The notes under the pieces: generated by a model
Told to the model about the DNA's origin: nothing
Databases searched by the model: none
The model's input: the letters and a program-made list of their open reading frames with translations, nothing else
In this document: positions 59,269 through 64,000 of the stretch, piece by piece
How the letters are laid out: every line of letters begins with the position of its first letter
How positions within the stretch are numbered: position 1 is the stretch's first letter
From: an uncultured delta proteobacterium
GTDB taxonomy: Bacteria; Desulfobacterota; Binatia; UBA9968
NCBI GenBank assembly: GCA_963771465.1
Contig: CAVYTU010000017.1
Location: 160,001-224,000, forward strand
Reading direction: 5' to 3'
Length of the DNA: 64,000 nucleotides
Program-made: the position numbers and the translations under genes

Positions 59269-60177
59269 TTGGCTGTGCATAAGCCGCGCCGCTTGAAGCC
59301 GGGGGCGCTGATCGGCGTCATCGCGCCAGCCAGTTCGGTGGAGTCTCGTGCGCTCCAAGCCGGCGTCGCCGCGCTCAGAGCTGAGGGCTTCGAAGTTGAG
59401 ATCGGCGCCAGCGTTTACGAGCAAAAAGGTTACCTTGCCGGCAGCGCTGACAAGCGCGCCGCCGATCTCGATGGCTTCTTTCGCCGTGACGATATTGACG
59501 CGATTTTTTGCGCCCGCGGCGGTTTTGGCTCGATCCAAACGCTACCCTACTTAGCTGCGACGCTAAAAAATCATCCGAAAATCTTCGTCGGCTACAGCGA
59601 TATCACCGTGCTGCTCAACTGGCTCTACCAATTTTGTGCTATGATCACGTTCCACGCGCCGATGGTGGCCGAAGATTTTGCCCGCGGCTTGTCGGAGCAG
59701 GGCAGAAAACTGTTGTGGTGTGTCCTGCGCGGCGAAGATTGTGGTTGGACGTTGTCCTTGGACGAGTCGATCCGTCCCGGCATCGCTGACGCCGAAATGA
59801 TGGGCGGCTGTTTGTCGCTGTTGGTGACCACGTTAGGCACGTCCTACGAGATCGATAGCCGCGGTAAATTGCTTTTCTTGGAGGATGTCGGCGAGCGTCC
59901 TTACCGTGTTGAGCGCATGCTGACTCATCTCAAGATGGCTGGCAAGCTGGATCATGTGGCGGGTGTCGTGTTTGGCGATTTTATCCGCTGTGAAGATGAA
60001 GGCTCGAGAGATGTCAAAGAAGTTATCTGCGAACTATTTCATGACGCGCGCTATCCGGTCGTCATGGGATTGAGAGCGGGGCACGGGCCGGAAAATATTA
60101 CTCTACCCTTCGGCGCCAGGATGCGTCTCGATGGCGAGCGGGCGACTTTGGCTTTACTCGAATCGCCGGTAAGCTGA
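59269..60177 (+). CDS. ldcA: LD-carboxypeptidase (S66)
   Basis: ARGGFG, VGYSDIT, LEDVGE.PY...RML, GHG; start uncertain (TTG after GGAGA). Confidence 0.88.
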   Translation: MAVHKPRRLKPGALIGVIAPASSVESRALQAGVAALRAEGFEVEIGASVYEQKGYLAGSADKRAADLDGFFRRDDIDAIFCARGGFGSIQTLPYLAATLKNHPKIFVGYSDITVLLNWLYQFCAMITFHAPMVAEDFARGLSEQGRKLLWCVLRGEDCGWTLSLDESIRPGIADAEMMGGCLSLLVTTLGTSYEIDSRGKLLFLEDVGERPYRVERMLTHLKMAGKLDHVAGVVFGDFIRCEDEGSRDVKEVICELFHDARYPVVMGLRAGHGPENITLPFGARMRLDGERATLALLESPVS

Positions 60178-60234
60178 TTGCGACAAATTCTCTAATCTGT
60201 ATTCTATCCAGTATCATCCAATGAAATTTTAACC

Positions 60235-61362
60235 ATGGATTTTCATGCCGTTGAAACCGCTTGCCAGGATGCCGTGGCGCAGGGTGTTTTTCCCGGCGCT
60301 GTTTTACTCATCGCAAAAGATCAAGATGTCGTTTTTGAGCAGGCCTTCGGACAGCGCTCGCTGGTACCGGATAAGTCGCCGCTGCGGGTCGAGACGATTT
60401 TCGATATCGCTTCACTGACCAAGCCGCTGGCGACGACCACGGCGATCATGCTGCTGGTGCGGGAAAAAAAAATTCGCCTGGACGATCAGATCACGCGGGT
60501 GATTCCGATGTATGGCGTCCTCGGCAAAAGTCTGACGACGTTTCGCCATTTGCTCGCGCACGGCGGCGGTTTGCCGGCATGGAAGCCGTACTTCGAAGAG
60601 ATCATCAAAAGTGAGAAGGCCGGGCGAATCAATTTTACCGCCAGCCGCGCCGCCAAGAGCTACGTTTACGAACAGATTCATCGCGACAAATCGATAAGCC
60701 CGCCGGGCACGCAAAGCCTTTACAGCGACCTCGGCTTCATCATTCTCGCCGAAGCCGTCGAAATTCTCACCGGCAATTCGCTGGATCGCTTTTGCCAAGA
60801 TCGAATATTCAAGCCCATGGGGATGCGCGCAACCGGCTTCGTCGATCTAAGCCAACTTCGAACGCGCCGTTTAGAGCCAGTAACCGAGATGATCGCGCCC
60901 ACGGAAAACTGTCCCTGGCGCAAAAAAGTTCTCTGCGGCGAAGTCCACGATGACAACGCCTACGCCATGGGCGGCGTGTCCGGTCACGCCGGACTGTTCT
61001 CCTCGGTCCGTGACATTCATGCTTTTGTCTCCCGGCTGGATCAGTGCCGCAGGAGTAAAGATAGTTTCTTGCCGCAGCCATTGGTTGAAGAGTTTCTGAC
61101 TAAAGATCAAACCGTCAGCCAGTCGACCTTCGCACTCGGTTGGGATACGCCGACGCCGGGGCAATCGTCGAGCGGCAGTCTGTTTTCACCCCGATCCGTC
61201 GGCCATCTCGGTTTCACCGGTTGCTCGATTTGGTGGGATCTGGAAAAAAATTGCCACGTCGTGCTCATGACCAATCGGGTGCACCCGACGCGCAAGAACG
61301 ACAAGATCAAAGAGTTTCGCCCGCTGATTCACGACCTGATCATGAAAGCGCTTTTTGCATGA
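60235..61362 (+). CDS. serine hydrolase, beta-lactamase family
   Basis: FDIASLTK, YSDLGF, GEVHDDNA, GHAGLFS, GHLGFTG, TNRVHP. Confidence 0.88.
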   Translation: MDFHAVETACQDAVAQGVFPGAVLLIAKDQDVVFEQAFGQRSLVPDKSPLRVETIFDIASLTKPLATTTAIMLLVREKKIRLDDQITRVIPMYGVLGKSLTTFRHLLAHGGGLPAWKPYFEEIIKSEKAGRINFTASRAAKSYVYEQIHRDKSISPPGTQSLYSDLGFIILAEAVEILTGNSLDRFCQDRIFKPMGMRATGFVDLSQLRTRRLEPVTEMIAPTENCPWRKKVLCGEVHDDNAYAMGGVSGHAGLFSSVRDIHAFVSRLDQCRRSKDSFLPQPLVEEFLTKDQTVSQSTFALGWDTPTPGQSSSGSLFSPRSVGHLGFTGCSIWWDLEKNCHVVLMTNRVHPTRKNDKIKEFRPLIHDLIMKALFA

Positions 61363-62777
61363 ACGATTTACCGCCGCCGGGCAGCCATATCCATCTGGTC
61401 GCGGTTTGCGGTGTTGGCATGGCGTCCCTCGCCGGGCTGCTTAAATCGCGCGGCTACCGCATCACCGGGTCGGATCAGAACGTTTATCCGCCGATGAGCA
61501 CTTATCTTGCGGACATCGGCATCACCGTGCTCGCGGGCTATCACGCCGAGCATGTCACGCCGCCGCCCGATCTCGTGGTCATCGGCAACGCCGTGTCGCG
61601 CGGCAACGCCGAAGCCGAAGCCGTCCTCAGCCAGCGTATTCCATACATTTCGTTTCCCCAGGCACTGGGTCAGTTTCTGATCGGTGCGCGAACGTCGTTG
61701 GTGATCACCGGCACCCACGGCAAGACGACGACGACAGCTTTGGCGGCTTGGGTGCTGACCCGCGCCGGGCTCGATCCGGGTTTTTTTGTCGGCGGCGTGC
61801 CGCTCAACTTCGGCAGCGGCTGGCGACCCGGCAGCGGCGATCACGTTGTCCTTGAGGGCGATGAATATGACACTGCGTTTTTCGACAAGGGACCCAAGTT
61901 TCTCCACTACCGGCCAAAAAACGTTATTCTTACCAGTGTGGAGTTCGATCACGCCGATATTTATCGCGATCTTGACCATGTCAAAAGCGCGTTCGCCCGG
62001 TTAATCGAAATTATTCCTAGCGATGGAATACTTGTCGTGTGCAGTGACTACGCCGAAGCGATGTCGGTTTCACAGGGATTGCATTCGCGGCGGATTACCT
62101 ACGGCGATAACGGCGATTGGACGGCACAAGATATTCAGTTCCGCGAGGGTCGGACTTTTTTTGCGCCGTGCTACAAAGGCCGGTGCGAAGGCACGCTGGA
62201 GGCCGCGGTTATCGGTCGGCACAACGTCAAAAACGCGTTGGCGGTCTACGCCATGGGGCGGGCCATGGGCCTCGAGCGCGGCAAGCTGCTCGAAGGCTTG
62301 GGCGACTTCAAGGGCGTTAAGCGGCGCCAGGAGATTCGCGGCGAGGCACGCCGCGTTCTGGTGATCGATGATTTCGCGCATCATCCGACCGCCGTGCGCG
62401 AGACGATCGACGCGGTGCGCACCGCCTACCAAGGGCGCAGACTCTGGGCGATCTTTGAGCCCCGCAGCAATACCAGCAAACGCAATATCTTTGAAAAGGA
62501 GTTCGTCGCGGCGTTGTCATTGGCGGACAAAGTGATCGTCGCCGGTGTCCATCAACCGGAGAAAGTGCCGCAAGGAGAGCGGCTTTCGGTTGCCAGCGTC
62601 GTGGAAAAGATCAATCGAGTTGATGGCGATTCTCGCGCGCTGGCGATCGCAGGTGCGCTGGAGATTGCCGATTATGTCGCGCACAACGCGCGCAGCGGCG
62701 ATGTTGTGCTGGTCATGTCGAACGGCGGTTTTGACGGGGTGCACGATAAAATTCTTCAGGCCCTGTCGGCCAAATAG
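61359..62777 (+). CDS. mpl: UDP-MurNAc:L-Ala-gamma-D-Glu-mDAP ligase
   Basis: CGVGM, GSDQNVYPPMS, GTHGKTTT, EGDEYDTAFFDK, DDFAHHPT, EPRSNT, MSNGGF. Confidence 0.92.
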   Translation: MNDLPPPGSHIHLVAVCGVGMASLAGLLKSRGYRITGSDQNVYPPMSTYLADIGITVLAGYHAEHVTPPPDLVVIGNAVSRGNAEAEAVLSQRIPYISFPQALGQFLIGARTSLVITGTHGKTTTTALAAWVLTRAGLDPGFFVGGVPLNFGSGWRPGSGDHVVLEGDEYDTAFFDKGPKFLHYRPKNVILTSVEFDHADIYRDLDHVKSAFARLIEIIPSDGILVVCSDYAEAMSVSQGLHSRRITYGDNGDWTAQDIQFREGRTFFAPCYKGRCEGTLEAAVIGRHNVKNALAVYAMGRAMGLERGKLLEGLGDFKGVKRRQEIRGEARRVLVIDDFAHHPTAVRETIDAVRTAYQGRRLWAIFEPRSNTSKRNIFEKEFVAALSLADKVIVAGVHQPEKVPQGERLSVASVVEKINRVDGDSRALAIAGALEIADYVAHNARSGDVVLVMSNGGFDGVHDKILQALSAK

Positions 62778-62992
62778 CGCTGAGCGCATTCTTCGCTACA
62801 AAAATATTTGCCGTCGCGGGCAACGGCTTCCGACTTCGGCACATAGGTTTGACACTGCGGATCGAGCACCATCGCTTCGCCGAGTTGGGGTGCGTCCGGA
62901 GATTTTCCCTTACGGCCGAGGAGAAGCGATTTCAGCACCAGAAATAGAATATAGACGATGGCTGAGAGGAACAGCAGGCGGAGAAGCAGCAT
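62756..62992 (-). CDS. small membrane-anchored YHS/TRASH-like protein
   Basis: N-terminal TM; MVLDPQCQTYVP...YFCSEEC. Confidence 0.75.
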   Translation of the reverse strand: MLLLRLLFLSAIVYILFLVLKSLLLGRKGKSPDAPQLGEAMVLDPQCQTYVPKSEAVARDGKYFCSEECAQRYLADRA

Positions 62993-63023
62993 AGCACTCC
63001 CGATTCGAAGCCGGCCCGCCGGC

Positions 63024-63527
63024 TTAGGAGTGAAACAGATGAATTTTCTTGTCGTCTTTAACCTTGAATAGCAATTCGGAGATGGTTACGCCCAGCTCGG
63101 GATGGACGACTTGAGGCGCGATTTCGCTCAGGGGAATGAGCACGAATTTGCGTGTCGACATCTCCGGATGGGGGATGCGCAGATCCTTTTTTTTCACCAC
63201 CGCGGAGTCATAGAGCAAGATGTCGAGGTCGATGATCCGCGCGCCCCAGCGTTTTTTCACTTTCTTTCGTCCCATCGCGCGCTCGATGTTTTTGAACTTC
63301 TTGAGCAGCATGTCGGGCTTGAATTTGGTTTCGATCTCCACCGCGCCGTTGACGTACCAGTCTTTGGCGTCGCCCAGCGGCTCGCTTTCGTAGAGCGATG
63401 ACTCCTTGATCACGCGGGTGTCCGGCAGTTTGGCGAGACGGTTCACCGCCTCGAAGAAGTTTTCCCTCTTGTTGCCGACGTTGGATCCGATGCCGATGTA
63501 AACTTGGTGGGCAATCGCGCTGGCCAT
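63024..63527 (-). CDS. folK: 2-amino-4-hydroxy-6-hydroxymethyldihydropteridine pyrophosphokinase
   Basis: YIGIGSNVG, SSLYESEP, WGARIIDLDILLY, IPHPEM..RKFVL.PL. Confidence 0.95.
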   Translation of the reverse strand: MASAIAHQVYIGIGSNVGNKRENFFEAVNRLAKLPDTRVIKESSLYESEPLGDAKDWYVNGAVEIETKFKPDMLLKKFKNIERAMGRKKVKKRWGARIIDLDILLYDSAVVKKKDLRIPHPEMSTRKFVLIPLSEIAPQVVHPELGVTISELLFKVKDDKKIHLFHS

Positions 63528-63550
63528 GTTGTTGCTTTTGGAAAAGAATT

Positions 63551-64000
63551 CTACAGCTTGACCCGGCGAATCCTTTCCGCTACCTCCCGCAACCGTTCTT
63601 TGTCAACGCAAACGGTAAATCGAACATAACCTTCGCCGGCATCACCGAAGCCGTTGCCCGGTGTCGTGACCACGCCGGCATCGTCAAGCAGTTTGGCGGT
63701 AAAATCGGCGGACGAAAGCCCCTTGGGGCAAGCAACCCAAACGTAGAACGTCGCCTTGGGCTTGTCGCATTCCAAGCCGACGGCGCGCAGGCCGTCGACG
63801 AGTATATCGCGCCGCTCCTGATAGATTTTTCGGCTTGGCTCCACGATCTTATCGCCGAGCTTGAGCGCCTCGATGCCGGCTTCTTGCACGGCCTGGAAAA
63901 TGCCCGAGTCCAAATTCGACTTCGCCTGCGCCAAACCGCCGACCAAATCGGCGTTGCCGACCGCCATGCCGATACGCCAGCCGGTCATGTTGAAGGTTTT
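63551..64000 (-). CDS. dapL: LL-diaminopimelate aminotransferase-like, C-terminal part
   Basis: KTFNMTGWRIG, KSNLDSGIFQAVQ, PKATFYVW, TPGNGFG..GEGYVR. Confidence 0.8.
   Translation of the reverse strand, partial: KTFNMTGWRIGMAVGNADLVGGLAQAKSNLDSGIFQAVQEAGIEALKLGDKIVEPSRKIYQERRDILVDGLRAVGLECDKPKATFYVWVACPKGLSSADFTAKLLDDAGVVTTPGNGFGDAGEGYVRFTVCVDKERLREVAERIRRVKL

Overview
Bacterial chromosomal window, GC-rich. The many orphan NMT1/SsuA-type solute-binding proteins, the trmD-SPOUT fusion and the DUF507 pair suggest a deltaproteobacteria-related lineage such as Candidatus Binatia (inference only). The left ~43 kb is accessory. It holds a GrdE/GrdB-like reductase pair whose GrdB reads through an in-frame TGA (selenocysteine, SECIS-like hairpin, unusual U-x-x-S-x-x-S motif) and two output-less HAMP membrane proteins. 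It also has a ~8 kb minus-strand catabolic cluster (3 dihydroxyphthalate-decarboxylase-like paralogs, 2 class II aldolases, a CADD-like diiron protein, an ICL/PEP-mutase family enzyme, 2 SBPs) and a sigma54-type PaaA-like diiron gene with a 63-aa partner. Further along are an ATP-grasp/Zn-peptidase pair, an integrase-less integron cassette remnant upstream of gfa, three ArnT/GT39 genes around a CusRS-like two-component system with a shared operator-like motif, and a Tat-exported aldo-keto reductase paired with a nucleotide-translocase-like transporter. The right ~21 kb is core: ptrB, rarA, ffh-rpsP-khpA-rimM-trmD-rplS, a MASE1/heme-PAS hybrid kinase, groES-groEL, a DnaA-box cluster (possible oriC), ldcA-hydrolase-mpl, folK and a partial dapL. 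Several single-base frameshifts may be sequencing errors. No rRNA, tRNA, CRISPR array or transposase was recognised. All calls come from motif recognition by eye, with no database searches.
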